Shown here piece after piece: positions 31,415-41,094 of a stretch of DNA of 64,000 nucleotides (positions are counted from its first letter, which is position 1; each line of letters starts with the position of its first letter). The DNA lies in assembly GCA_965203905.1 (NCBI GenBank), contig CBDBDQ010000005.1, forward strand, positions 2,176,001-2,240,000. The letters are read 5' to 3'. The notes beneath the pieces are model-generated. The model was not told the origin of the DNA. It saw only the letters and a program-made list of their open reading frames with translations, and made no database searches. A program made the translations under genes and the position numbers. Origin of the DNA: Spirochaetia bacterium (GTDB lineage: Bacteria > Spirochaetota > Spirochaetia > SZUA-6 > Bin103).

Positions 31415-33789
31415 GCGGTCATCTCGGGTTCATTCTCAACGTCACCTACGTTGCCGAGCCCGGGAGCGGCCGCGCGGTCGTGCATCTCTACGGCAAGCTG
31501 AGGGACGGCCGGGCCTTCCTGGTGCGCGACCGGCGTCCGCGGCCATACTTCTACCTTGAGAGCGCCGCCTGCGAGACGGCGCGGGGCATGGGTGCCAGTC
31601 TCGAAGCGGCCGGCCGCCGCACGCTGCAGGGTGAACCGGTGCACCGCGTGCTGCTGCGGCGGCCCCAGGACGCGCCGGAGCTGCGCGCGCGCCTGCACGC
31701 CGCCGGGGTCCGCACCTTCGAGGCGGACGTGCGGTTTCCCTATCGCTACCTGATCGACCGCGGCATCCGCGGCGCGCTGCTGATCGAGGGGCATCCGCGG
31801 CCTCTGGAGTCCTGGGCCGGCACGGCGGTGGACACCGTGGTATTCGACGCGCCGGAGCTGCGGCCGGCGCAGTGGACACCGTCGCTGAGCACGCTGTCGC
31901 TGGACATCGAGACCGACCCGGAGGCGCAGCGCCTGCTCTCGGTCGCCCTCTGGGGCTGCGGCGCACGCGAGGTGCTCCTGTGGTGCCCCGATTCCCGGGC
32001 CCGTGCCTCCTGCCCCGCCGCGGCCACGCCGTGTGCCAGCGAAGCCGAGCTGCTGGCCACCCTGAACCGCCGCATCCGCGAGTTGGACCCCGACGTGGTG
32101 ACCGGCTGGAACATCATCGACTTCGACGTGCCGGTGCTGATCCGCCGCGCGGAGGCTGCCGGGGTACCGCTGGAGTGGGGCCGCGCCCCCGGCGCGCTGC
32201 GCCAGCGCGGCAGCGGCGGGCGCCGCTTCTCCGATTCCATCTTCATCCCGGGACGGGTGGTGCTGGACGGCATTCGCCTGTTGCGCGCGGTGTTCGTGCG
32301 CCTGGAGCGCTACTCCCTGGAAGTCGCGGCCCAGGAGATTCTGGGCGAGGGCAAGACCCTGGGCGGCGGCGGAGCCGGCCACCCGGAGCGGATCATGCAC
32401 GCGTTCTCCCACGACTCCGAGCGCTTCGTGGAGTACAACCTGACCGACGCCCGCCTGGTGCTCGACATCCTGGAGAAGCTGGAGCTGGTGCCCTTTACCG
32501 TGGAGCGCAGCAACCTCACCGGGATGCCGCCCGACCGCGTGGGCTCCTCGATCGCGGCGTTCGACTTTCTCTATCTGTCGCGCCTGCGCCCGCGGGGCGT
32601 GGTGGCGCCGACGGTGGGCGCGGAACTGGACGAGGCCGCCGCCCGGTCCCCCATGCAGGGCGGCCACGTGCTGCAGTCGCGTCCCGGCCTGCACGACAAC
32701 GTGCTGCTGTTCGACTTCAAGAGCCTCTATCCGAGCATCATCCGCACCTTCCAGATCGATCCGCTCGGCCTGATCCGGGAGGGTACGGCCGCCGGAGACG
32801 ATGCCGGCGACGCCATCGAGGCACCCAACGGGGCGCGCTTCCGGCGCCAACGCGCCATTCTCGGCACGCTGCTGGACGACTTGTTCGCCAGCCGCGAGCA
32901 GGCCAGGCAGGCCGGCAACGCGGTGGCCAGCCAGGCCATCAAGATCCTGATGAACTCCTTCTACGGCGTCATGGGGACCTCCGCCTGCCGCTTCTTCGAT
33001 CCGCGGCTGGCGAACGCCATCACCAGCTTCGGCAAGCACTTCCTGCTGTGGGCCAAGGCCTGGATCGAGGAGCGCGGATTGCAGGTGCTGTACGGCGACA
33101 CCGACAGCCTGTTCGTCGCCGGGGCCGAGGCCCCGGACGGACCGCGGCTGGCGGCGGAGCTGAACGCGGAGCTGGCCGCCTACGTCGCCGCCACCTGGCG
33201 CCTGCCGAGCTACCTGGAGATGGAGTTCGAGACCCTGTTCGAGCGCCTGTTCCTGCCTGTGGTGCGCGGCGGCGGGCGCGGCGCGACCAAGCGCTACGTC
33301 GGGCTGGCGCAGGGGGAGCTGCACTTCACCGGCATGGAGGTGGTGCGGCGCGACTGGACCGCGCTGGCCCACGAGGTGCAGCGCGAGCTGTACCGGCGGC
33401 TGTTCGCCGGCGAACCGGTGGAAGCCTACCTGCGAGAGGTGATCGGCGAGGTGAGCGCGGGCCGCCGCGACGCCCATCTCGTGTACCACAAGACCTTGCG
33501 CAAGGACGCGCGCGAGTACCGGGCGCTGCCGCCCCACGTGGTCGCGGCCCGCAAACGCGACGCGGCAAGCCCTGCCGACGGGGAGCCCGCGACCTCCGCG
33601 CAACGGGACGTGATCGACTACGTGATCACCGTGGAGGGACCGGAACCGGCCGCCGGCCGCACCCAGCCCTTCGACTACGAGCACTACATCGAACGCCAGA
33701 TCCGCCCCGTCGCGGAACCGGTGCTCGCCGCCTTGAGCCGAGACTTCGGCGAGGTGCGCCGCAACGAACGCCAGCTCGAGCTGTTCTGA
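31411..33789 (+). CDS. polB: DNA polymerase II (family B)
   Basis: Exo motifs LDIET, GWNIIDFD, YNLTDA; polymerase motifs DFKSLYPSI, KILMNSFYG, YGDTDS; C-terminal clamp-binding QLELF. Confidence 0.94.
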   Translation: MSGHLGFILNVTYVAEPGSGRAVVHLYGKLRDGRAFLVRDRRPRPYFYLESAACETARGMGASLEAAGRRTLQGEPVHRVLLRRPQDAPELRARLHAAGVRTFEADVRFPYRYLIDRGIRGALLIEGHPRPLESWAGTAVDTVVFDAPELRPAQWTPSLSTLSLDIETDPEAQRLLSVALWGCGAREVLLWCPDSRARASCPAAATPCASEAELLATLNRRIRELDPDVVTGWNIIDFDVPVLIRRAEAAGVPLEWGRAPGALRQRGSGGRRFSDSIFIPGRVVLDGIRLLRAVFVRLERYSLEVAAQEILGEGKTLGGGGAGHPERIMHAFSHDSERFVEYNLTDARLVLDILEKLELVPFTVERSNLTGMPPDRVGSSIAAFDFLYLSRLRPRGVVAPTVGAELDEAAARSPMQGGHVLQSRPGLHDNVLLFDFKSLYPSIIRTFQIDPLGLIREGTAAGDDAGDAIEAPNGARFRRQRAILGTLLDDLFASREQARQAGNAVASQAIKILMNSFYGVMGTSACRFFDPRLANAITSFGKHFLLWAKAWIEERGLQVLYGDTDSLFVAGAEAPDGPRLAAELNAELAAYVAATWRLPSYLEMEFETLFERLFLPVVRGGGRGATKRYVGLAQGELHFTGMEVVRRDWTALAHEVQRELYRRLFAGEPVEAYLREVIGEVSAGRRDAHLVYHKTLRKDAREYRALPPHVVAARKRDAASPADGEPATSAQRDVIDYVITVEGPEPAAGRTQPFDYEHYIERQIRPVAEPVLAALSRDFGEVRRNERQLELF

Positions 33790-33809
33790 CGACCTCCGAG
33801 TGGTGGCCG

Positions 33810-34172
33810 TCAATCATCGGCAAACGGTTTGATCACCTGCAGACCGTCGTAGTCCTGCTCGGCGCTCAGGTCTTCAGAATAGACGGCGTCGCAGCCGCAG
33901 GTGCGCGCAGCCGCCAGAACGGCGCTGTCCCAGTAGGAAAGGCGGAACCGCTCCCGGATGGCGAAGGCCGTACGCAACACCCCCAGCGTGATTGCCTGCA
34001 CGCGAAAGCGCTGCAGCGCCTCGATGAAGCTGGTCGCTTCGTGGTGTGACAGCGCGCCGGGGCGCGACTCGCGGGTCGCCTGTACGTAGAACTCCTGCAG
34101 AACCTGCACCGACAATGCGAGATCCCTCGCCGCCAGAAGGTCCAGCGCCACGCGCCGCTTCCCTGCGTCCTC
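33810..34172 (-). pseudogene. PIN-domain (VapC-like) toxin, 5'-truncated
   Basis: SVQVLQEFY, RFRLSYWDS, YSEDL, I.PF; the first catalytic D-T-N motif and the antitoxin gene are missing. Confidence 0.75.
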
Positions 34173-34314
34173 GTGAGCCGTCGCTTCTGGGACGACTTCG
34201 AGAGCCTGCTCCCCTCATCACCCCCTCAAGCCACCGACCAACTCCACGCGGAGGCCGCCTGACCGCTACCACACTACGCGAATGCACCCTGGGATAGCTG
34301 GGATAGGATGTCGC

Positions 34315-34344
34315 TTGCGTATGGCCAACGGATGGGTGTAGGTT
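34315..34344 (+). promoter_or_regulatory. Putative sigma70 promoter of the NYN-1 leader
   Basis: TTGCGT-N18-TAGGTT. Confidence 0.45.
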
Positions 34345-34350
34345 AAGGTC

Positions 34351-34414
34351 AATTACCCGCCGGCAGCATGCTGTCGGCTCAAGGGCTGCTCCCCGGAGCG
34401 GCCCTTGCTTTTTT
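34351..34414 (+). ncRNA. Candidate structured leader/antitoxin RNA upstream of NYN-1
   Basis: Hairpin GCCGGCAG-CATG-CTGTCGGC (34359-34378) followed after 1 nt by a terminator hairpin and T6. Confidence 0.45.
34380..34414 (+). terminator. Intrinsic terminator 12 nt upstream of the NYN-1 start codon
   Basis: CAAGGGCTGCTC-CCCG-GAGCGGCCCTTG then CTTTTTT. Confidence 0.7.
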
Positions 34415-34426
34415 CCGGGGGCGGAA

Positions 34427-35200
34427 ATGAGAACCAGGGTCTATGTCGACGGGTTCAACCTGTACTACGGAGCGCTGAAGGGAACGCCCTTCAGGTGGCT
34501 CGATCCGGTCCGGTTGACCTCCCTCCTCCTGCCCCGTGAGTGCGTTGTCGACCGGCTTCGGTACTTTACCGCGCGGGTCTCTGGCAAGGTGGACCCCCGG
34601 GCGCCCGCGCGCCAGCGCATCTACATGAAGGCGCTCGCGACATTGCCCGAAGTCGAGATCCACTACGGCCGTTTCCTCGCCAAGACGGCCTGGCGTCCGC
34701 TCGCCAACCTGCCGGTGGCGGGCAGGCGGATTGACACGCCTGAGGCCGTCACGCTGCCGGAGGGCAACCATCGCGTGGTCGGCGAACGCCCCCGGACCCT
34801 TCCGGTCGGCGCCTATCCGGACCGACGTCGGCGCTGCGAAGCCGTCCCGCGCGCAGCCCGCATTCCGGTTCCCGACGCCCTGATCGCTGAGTTCCATACG
34901 ATGGAGGAGAAGGGTTCGGACGTGAATCTCGCCGCCCATCTGCTGAACGATGCCTGGAAGAATCTCTTCGAGGCGGCAGTGGTGATCTCGAACGACACGG
35001 ACCTGGTGGTGCCGATCCGCATGGTCACCGCAGAACGCAACCGTCCGGTCTTCGTCGTGTGTCCGGGTCGGTGGCAGATGGCGCCTCAGTTGCGGAGTGC
35101 GGCAAGCCATGTCCGGCATATCCACCGCGCGGCATTGAGGGCGGCGCAGTTCCCGAACACCTTGCCGGGCACCGGGATCTCGAAACCGGACGGTTGGTGA
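34427..35200 (+). CDS. NYN-domain (PIN-fold) ribonuclease, NYN-1
   Basis: VYVDGFNLYYG, RYFTA, EEKGSDVNLA, VISNDTDL; acidic catalytic residues intact. Confidence 0.9.
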   Translation: MRTRVYVDGFNLYYGALKGTPFRWLDPVRLTSLLLPRECVVDRLRYFTARVSGKVDPRAPARQRIYMKALATLPEVEIHYGRFLAKTAWRPLANLPVAGRRIDTPEAVTLPEGNHRVVGERPRTLPVGAYPDRRRRCEAVPRAARIPVPDALIAEFHTMEEKGSDVNLAAHLLNDAWKNLFEAAVVISNDTDLVVPIRMVTAERNRPVFVVCPGRWQMAPQLRSAASHVRHIHRAALRAAQFPNTLPGTGISKPDGW

Positions 35201-35270
35201 CTGGCTTATTTCATGCGATTGCGTGGGCGTCCTGAAGTGAATTGGCGGAGGTTGCGGGCAGGGTAAGGAC

Positions 35271-35726
35271 ATGGCCGAAGGCATCCATTGGAAGTCCATA
35301 TCACGTTTCGAGTCGCATGACTTCGTTGCCAAGTGGTTTCACAAGGCACATGGGAGAAACGCGAGTGCGTCAAAGGTCGCGCAGATAAACGCCTGCTTCG
35401 CCCACGTGCGGGAGTCCTTCCGGAACGCAGAACGCTCGGAAATGAGCGTCAGACCGTTGCTCCTCTACTATGGGGTGCTGTCCTGCTGCCGCGGCGTAAT
35501 TCTGGCGAACAACCCAGACAAGAAGGAGGAGTCGCTCAAACCGCGGCACGGGCTCGAAGCGGTCGACTGGCAAAGCACGCTCAGCGGCGGGATCAAAAGC
35601 GTTCTGGAACTGGAGATCCGGGCAACCGACGGGACGTTCAGGGAACTGGTGGATGTCTGCTGGCACCTGAAGGCTGCGCGCAGTCCGCCTCCGCGGGCAT
35701 GTATGGCCGCCAGGGTCTCGCCCTGA
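35271..35726 (+). pseudogene. YaaC-like protein, C-terminally truncated
   Basis: A..SVRPLLLYYG...HGL...GTF.EL motif, then an abrupt return to GC-rich sequence. Confidence 0.55.
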
Positions 35727-35831
35727 AGTCGGCGTACACAGTCTCCCTGTGCCACAGGGTATGTGGCTTTCGGACTTGATGCAACGCGAAAGCTCTCCTG
35801 ACCAGGAGAGGGGCGGTGTCAGGTCAGCGCG

Positions 35832-36827
35832 TCACCGTTGCTGCAGGGCGACGGTGCGCTGGCTGCGGGCGGCCTCCTGCGCGGCCTCCATCACCCGCAA
35901 CGTGAGGACGGCGTCACGGGCGTCGAGCAGGGGAGTGGCGCCGTCCAGGAGGCAGTCGTGGAAGTGCTCGAGCGCCGGGGTGAACGCGCGCACGCCGTTG
36001 TGCAGTTCGACGCGCGCGGTGGCGGCGGGCGTGGTGAGGGTGTAGGCGCTCTCCTCGTAGGGGTGGGTCGGCTGCTCGATGAGCAGCGAGCCGCCGCTGC
36101 CGATGAGCTGCGCTCCCGGAGAGGTCAGGCCGTCGAAGCCGCCGTACAGGGTCGCCACCACGCCGCCGGGGAACGTCAGCAGCAGCCCCAGGTGGCGGTC
36201 CACGCCATGTTCGGGATCGAGGTGCCAGGTGGCGCTGACGTGAGTCGGCTCGCTGCCGGCCGCCCAGCGCGCCACGGTGATCAGGTAGCAGCCCACGTCC
36301 ATCAGCACGCCGCCGGCCAGCTCCGGTTGCCAGCGGATGTTGTCGCCGCGTGGAAGGTTGGAGCTCATGCGCATGTGCACGTGGCGCAGGTCGCCGATCG
36401 CCCCGCCGTCCAGCAGGCCGCGCAGGCGCCGGGTCTGGGGGTGGTAGCGGAACACCATCGCTTCCCACAGCAGCACGCCGTGGTCGCGGGCGGCGTCCAC
36501 CATGCGCTGCGCCGCCGCCGCGGTGGTGGCCAGCGGCTTCTCGCAGAAGACGTGCTTGCCGCACTCAGCCGCGCGCAGCGCCCACTCCTCGTGCATGGTG
36601 TTGGGCAGCGGCAGGTACACGGCGTCCACCAGGTCGCTGGCGAGCAGGGCGCCGTAGCTGTCGAACACCTCGGGGATGCCGAGGTCGCCGGCAAACGCCG
36701 CGGTACGGCCGGCGTCGCGCCCGGCCACCGCCACGAGCTCGCCGCGCCGGGTGGCGCGCAACGCCGGGATGAACACGTAGCGCCCGATCTGGGCGGTGCT
36801 GACAATGCCCCATCGAATCCTGGTCAT
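35832..36827 (-). CDS. Gfo/Idh/MocA oxidoreductase
   Basis: IRWGIVSTAQIG, VYLPLPNTMH, GKHVFCEKP, GGVLMDVGCY. Confidence 0.9.
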   Translation of the reverse strand: MTRIRWGIVSTAQIGRYVFIPALRATRRGELVAVAGRDAGRTAAFAGDLGIPEVFDSYGALLASDLVDAVYLPLPNTMHEEWALRAAECGKHVFCEKPLATTAAAAQRMVDAARDHGVLLWEAMVFRYHPQTRRLRGLLDGGAIGDLRHVHMRMSSNLPRGDNIRWQPELAGGVLMDVGCYLITVARWAAGSEPTHVSATWHLDPEHGVDRHLGLLLTFPGGVVATLYGGFDGLTSPGAQLIGSGGSLLIEQPTHPYEESAYTLTTPAATARVELHNGVRAFTPALEHFHDCLLDGATPLLDARDAVLTLRVMEAAQEAARSQRTVALQQR

Positions 36828-36886
36828 GATGTCGGTTCCACTCCTCGTGCTGGCCACGCGTCTCGCGCTACAATAATCCCCACGCC

Positions 36887-37705
36887 ATGAGAATCGTACG
36901 CTACGCCAAGGGTGAGACGGTCGGCTACGGCTGTCAACGTGAGGATGGAACCATCGTCGCCATCAACGGCGACCCGCTTGCCGGCATGCCCGGAGGCACG
37001 CCCTACTCGGTGACGCGCCGGGTGATCAGTGACGCGCAGGTGCTGGCCCCGGTGGTGCCGGGCAGCGTGCTGTGCATCGGCCTCAACTACCGCCGCCACG
37101 CCGCCGAGTCCGGGGTGGCGGTGCCCGACCACCCGGTGCTGTTCATGAAGATGCCGTCGTCGGTGCAGCGCCCGGGCGGCCCCATCGTGCTGCCGCGCTC
37201 CCTGCGCAGCGACGAGGTGGACTACGAGTGCGAGCTGGCGGTGGTGATCGGACGTCGCTGCCGCAACGTTTCCCGCGAGCAGGCCCTCGACTACGTGCTC
37301 GGCTACACCTGCGGCAACGACGTCAGCGCCCGCGACTGGCAGATGCAGTGGGGCGGCGGGCAATGGTGCCGCGGCAAGACCTTCGACACCTTCTGCCCGC
37401 TGGGACCGGCGCTGGTGACCGCGGACGAGATCCCCGACCCCAACGCCCTGCGCATCAAGACCGTGGTCAACGGCGAGACCCTGCAGGACTGGAGCACCAA
37501 CGACATGATCTTCGACGTGCCCGAGCTGATCGCCTTCCTCAGCGGCAGCAGCACCCTGGAGCCGGGCACCGTGATCATGACCGGCACGCCGCACGGGGTG
37601 GGCGCCGCGCGCACGCCGCCGCGCTTCCTGCAGCCGGGCGACACGGTCACGGTGGAGATCGAGAAGATCGGCGCCCTCACCAACCCGGTGGTAGCGGAGG
37701 AGTGA
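36887..37705 (+). CDS. Fumarylacetoacetate hydrolase-family protein
   Basis: CIGLNY, DYECELAVVIG, NDVSARDWQ, GKTFDTFCPLGP, TGTPHGVG. Confidence 0.92.
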   Translation: MRIVRYAKGETVGYGCQREDGTIVAINGDPLAGMPGGTPYSVTRRVISDAQVLAPVVPGSVLCIGLNYRRHAAESGVAVPDHPVLFMKMPSSVQRPGGPIVLPRSLRSDEVDYECELAVVIGRRCRNVSREQALDYVLGYTCGNDVSARDWQMQWGGGQWCRGKTFDTFCPLGPALVTADEIPDPNALRIKTVVNGETLQDWSTNDMIFDVPELIAFLSGSSTLEPGTVIMTGTPHGVGAARTPPRFLQPGDTVTVEIEKIGALTNPVVAEE

Positions 37706-38622
37706 GCCAGATCCGCTACTCGACGATCGCGAAGTCGGGGCCGACGAACCCGCGCAACGATACCGCGAGCGTGGTCGAGCTGAACAACGGCGAGCTGCTG
37801 GTGCTGTGGCACAAGTACGAGGCGACGGCGGACGCGGGACACGACCTCATCTACTTCTTGCGAGCGGTTTCGAGCGCCTCATGAAGCCTGCTGCCGGATC
37901 CACGGCAAGACCTCCGCCGACCAGGGGCTGACCTGGGGTGGCGAGCGCATGATCGTCGACATCGCGCCGGGCGACCTGAACGTCCAGGCGCCGGCGCTCG
38001 CGCGACTGCCCACGGGCGAGTTGCTCATGATCTGCCTGCGCGCCCACTCGGAGAGCAGCACGACCATGTGCGCGTACCTGTCGGAGGATGAAGGGCGCAC
38101 CTTCACGCCGATCGGCACCGTGTGGGAGCGCTCGCCGGGCCAGTGGCTGCAGGGTGGCGCGGTCGCCATCGTCGTGCTCTCGTGCGGCCGGCTGCTGGTG
38201 CCCTGCCACGGCGGCACGGGCGGCCAGTTCAGCCAGCACAACGGCGGCTGGTGCTGGCTCAGCGAGGACCACGGCAGGAGCTGGGTGCGCTCGCGGGGCA
38301 CCGTGGACCTGCCGCTGCGCGGCGCCATGGAGCCGTCCCTGGCGGAGGTCGCCAGCGGCCGGATCTTCATGTCGCTCCGAACCCAGTTGGGGGCGGTGTT
38401 CCTGGCGAGCTCCGAGGACGGCGGCGACACCTGGTCCCTGCCGCAACGACCGGCCTGAAGGCCGCCGAGTCGGGCACCAGCGACGGCAACGCGGTGGTGA
38501 CCTACCTGCAGGTCGAGGACCGGGACTGGAAACGCTTCATCAGAACCGGCATCGATCTCCAGGCCGCCATCGTTCCGGTGTCGAGGATTCTGCAGGCCGG
38601 GTCGGCCCCGGCCGAAGCCTGA
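37702..38622 (+). pseudogene. BNR/Asp-box sialidase-like protein, disrupted
   Basis: Asp boxes SADQGLTW, SEDEGRTF, SEDHGRSW, SEDGGDTW; about 40 bp insertion with stop near 37849-37890, frameshift near 38445 and a C-terminal deletion. Confidence 0.7.
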
Positions 38623-38649
38623 GAGGAGAAACGGAGTTCGCGAGCCCCC

Positions 38650-39606
38650 TCAAGGAGCGCGGCCGGCCGCTGCTTCGAGCAGCCGCACCAGGGCCGGCTT
38701 GCGGCGCCGGCGAGCGTAATCGAGCGCGGTCTCGCCGCCGGGCTGGGTGGGGCTCCGGCGGGTGCGCAAGGTGGCGTCGGGGCGGTAGCCGAGGATCAGC
38801 CTGACCCAGGCCACGGTGCCCGCGACCACCGCCTCGTGCAGCGCCGTCTTGCCGGTGCTGTCCTGCCTGCTCGGATCGGCGCCGTGGTCCAGCAGCAGCC
38901 GCGCCATCTCCGGGTAGCGGTTGGCGATGGCGCGGTGCCGCGCGGTCCCGCCGAGGTGCCCCGCCGGACAGTCGGGGGAGGCGCCGCGTTCCAGCAGCAG
39001 CGCGGCCGCGGCCAGGGCGTTGCCCTCCACGGCGTCGGCCAGGGGTGGGTGGCCGTGCCGGTTCACGGCCGCGAGGTCCGCACCCCGCGCCAGCAGCAGG
39101 CGCAGCGCATCCGGCTGGTTGCCGCGCGCGGCGGCGTGCAACGGGGTGGCGCCGCGCCGGTCGCGTTCGCCCACCGCGGAGGCGCGCGCATCGAGCATGC
39201 GCCGGAGTTGTTCCAGCGCACCCAGTCCCGCAGCGTCCACCGCGCGCATGCGGCAGCCGCGGCGCACCAGCAGCTCCGCGATCGCCAGCGCCCCCGCCGC
39301 CGGCGCCGCGTCCAGCAGCGTGGAGCCGCCGTGATTCACCTGCAGCGGGTCGGCGCCGAGCTCCAGCAGCAGTGCCACGATCGCGGGGCGCCGCGCCGCG
39401 ATCGCCTCCCGGATCGGCGTGCCGCCGTGCGCGTTGCGGGCATCGACCAGGGCGGGATGTCGCGCCAGCAGCGCCGCTACCTGCCCCGGCGTGCCGCGGC
39501 GTACGGCCTGCAGGAGCTGGCCGCGGGCCTCGCGCCGGCTCACCCGGGCAGGCGGGTCATTGGGAGATGTGTGGGCATCCGATGCCGTAACCGGGGAGCG
39601 TGCCAC
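38650..39606 (-). CDS. Ankyrin-repeat protein
   Basis: Repeated G.TPLH.AA...LLL..GAD motifs. Confidence 0.85.
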   Translation of the reverse strand: MARSPVTASDAHTSPNDPPARVSRREARGQLLQAVRRGTPGQVAALLARHPALVDARNAHGGTPIREAIAARRPAIVALLLELGADPLQVNHGGSTLLDAAPAAGALAIAELLVRRGCRMRAVDAAGLGALEQLRRMLDARASAVGERDRRGATPLHAAARGNQPDALRLLLARGADLAAVNRHGHPPLADAVEGNALAAAALLLERGASPDCPAGHLGGTARHRAIANRYPEMARLLLDHGADPSRQDSTGKTALHEAVVAGTVAWVRLILGYRPDATLRTRRSPTQPGGETALDYARRRRKPALVRLLEAAAGRAP

Positions 39607-39610
39607 CGGT

Positions 39611-41008
39611 TCAGGTGTTGAACATCTCCTCCACGCGGGAGATCGACTCGGTCTTGGCCACCATGGTGAGCTTGTCGCCGTCGTGCAGGACGAAGTCGCC
39701 CCGTGGCACCACGTGGGAACCGTTGCGCGTCACCGCCACCACCAGCGAGTTGTCCGGCATCCTGATGTCGCGCAGCTCGCGCCCGACGAAGCCGCGGGAG
39801 CCGTCCAGCGTCGACTCGATCACCTCGGCCATGCCGCCGAAGATGCTGTGCACGCTCTTCACGCGGCCGCGGCGGATGAACTTGAGGATGCTGTTCACCA
39901 CGCTGTACTTGGGACTGATGATGACGTCGGCGCCGAGGCGCGAGGCCACCGTGAGGTAGTTGAACTTGTTGACCAGGGCGATCGAGCGCTTGATGCCCAG
40001 GGTCTTGGCATAGATCGCCACCAGGATATTGAGCTCCGGGTTGTTGGTGGTGGTGATGATCAGGTCGTACCCGGCCAGCGCCTCCTCCTCGAAGAACCCC
40101 TCCTCGGAGACGTCGCTGTTGATCACCACCGCATCGGGAAACTGCTCGGCCAGCCGTTTGCAGTTCTCGTAGTCGCTGTCCACGATCTTGAGCTTCTTGT
40201 GGTCGCGCCGCAGGTAGTCGAGCAGGCGGTGCGCGCGCCGCCCGTTGGGCTTCTCCACCAGCGCTTCGGCAACGAAGCTCCCGACCCGGCCGCCGCCCAC
40301 CAGCAGCACGCTCCTGATGGTCACCCGCGGCCGTCCAGCGATCACGAACACCTCGTCCAGCGTGTTCTCGGCGGCTATCAGGTATAGCTCGTCGCCGGTC
40401 TCCACGCGCGCGTCCCCGCGCGGCACGAAGAACTCCTCGCCGCGCGAGATCCCCGCCACCATGAACTCGGTGTCCAGCGCCTGCTTGATGGCGGCGATGC
40501 TCTGGCGTGCGAACAGGGTGCGGTCGTCCACCAGGAAGTTGCGCATCTGCAGGTCGGTGTTCTCGAAGGTCATGACGTCGCTGGTGGCGCCCTGCTCCAC
40601 CGACTTGATGATGGCCCGCGCCGCCTCGATCTCGGGATTGACGAAGTAGTCCACCTCCAGGAAGGAGTGCTCCGGCAGGTGGGAGTTGGCGTACTCCGGG
40701 TTGCGCACCCGCGCGATCTTGCACGGCACCCCGAACTCGCTCGCCACCAGGCCGCAGGAGACGATGTTGAGCTCGTCGCTGTCGGTGACGCTGATGAAGA
40801 AGTCGGCGCCGTCGATGCCCGCCTCGCGCAGCGCCGGCAGGCGGTTGCCGGAGTCGTTGATCACCATGCAGTCGAGGTGGTTCACGGCGTACTTGGCCGT
40901 CTCCGGATCACGCTCGATGAGGACCACGTCCTTGTTGTCGGCCACCAGGTGGCGGGCCACCTGGAAGCCGGTGGTGCCGGCGCCGGCGATGACTACCTTC
41001 TCAGCCAT
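39611..41008 (-). CDS. trkA: Trk potassium uptake regulatory subunit
   Basis: Two RCK_N/RCK_C pairs; IAGAG, VTDSDELN, KIARVRN, GGGRVG, AEVIE. Confidence 0.93.
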   Translation of the reverse strand: MAEKVVIAGAGTTGFQVARHLVADNKDVVLIERDPETAKYAVNHLDCMVINDSGNRLPALREAGIDGADFFISVTDSDELNIVSCGLVASEFGVPCKIARVRNPEYANSHLPEHSFLEVDYFVNPEIEAARAIIKSVEQGATSDVMTFENTDLQMRNFLVDDRTLFARQSIAAIKQALDTEFMVAGISRGEEFFVPRGDARVETGDELYLIAAENTLDEVFVIAGRPRVTIRSVLLVGGGRVGSFVAEALVEKPNGRRAHRLLDYLRRDHKKLKIVDSDYENCKRLAEQFPDAVVINSDVSEEGFFEEEALAGYDLIITTTNNPELNILVAIYAKTLGIKRSIALVNKFNYLTVASRLGADVIISPKYSVVNSILKFIRRGRVKSVHSIFGGMAEVIESTLDGSRGFVGRELRDIRMPDNSLVVAVTRNGSHVVPRGDFVLHDGDKLTMVAKTESISRVEEMFNT

Positions 41009-41094
41009 CGGCGTTCAATATGGACGCTGCGCAGGATGCTGGCAACTCACCCGCCACTGGCATTTTTCACCGCTCCGTGATGGAATCGGCAGCC

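Noticed and set aside
34176-34263. Fragment RRFWDDFESLL...EAA* as a transposase C-terminus
   Set aside because: Too short to assign; no inverted repeats identified
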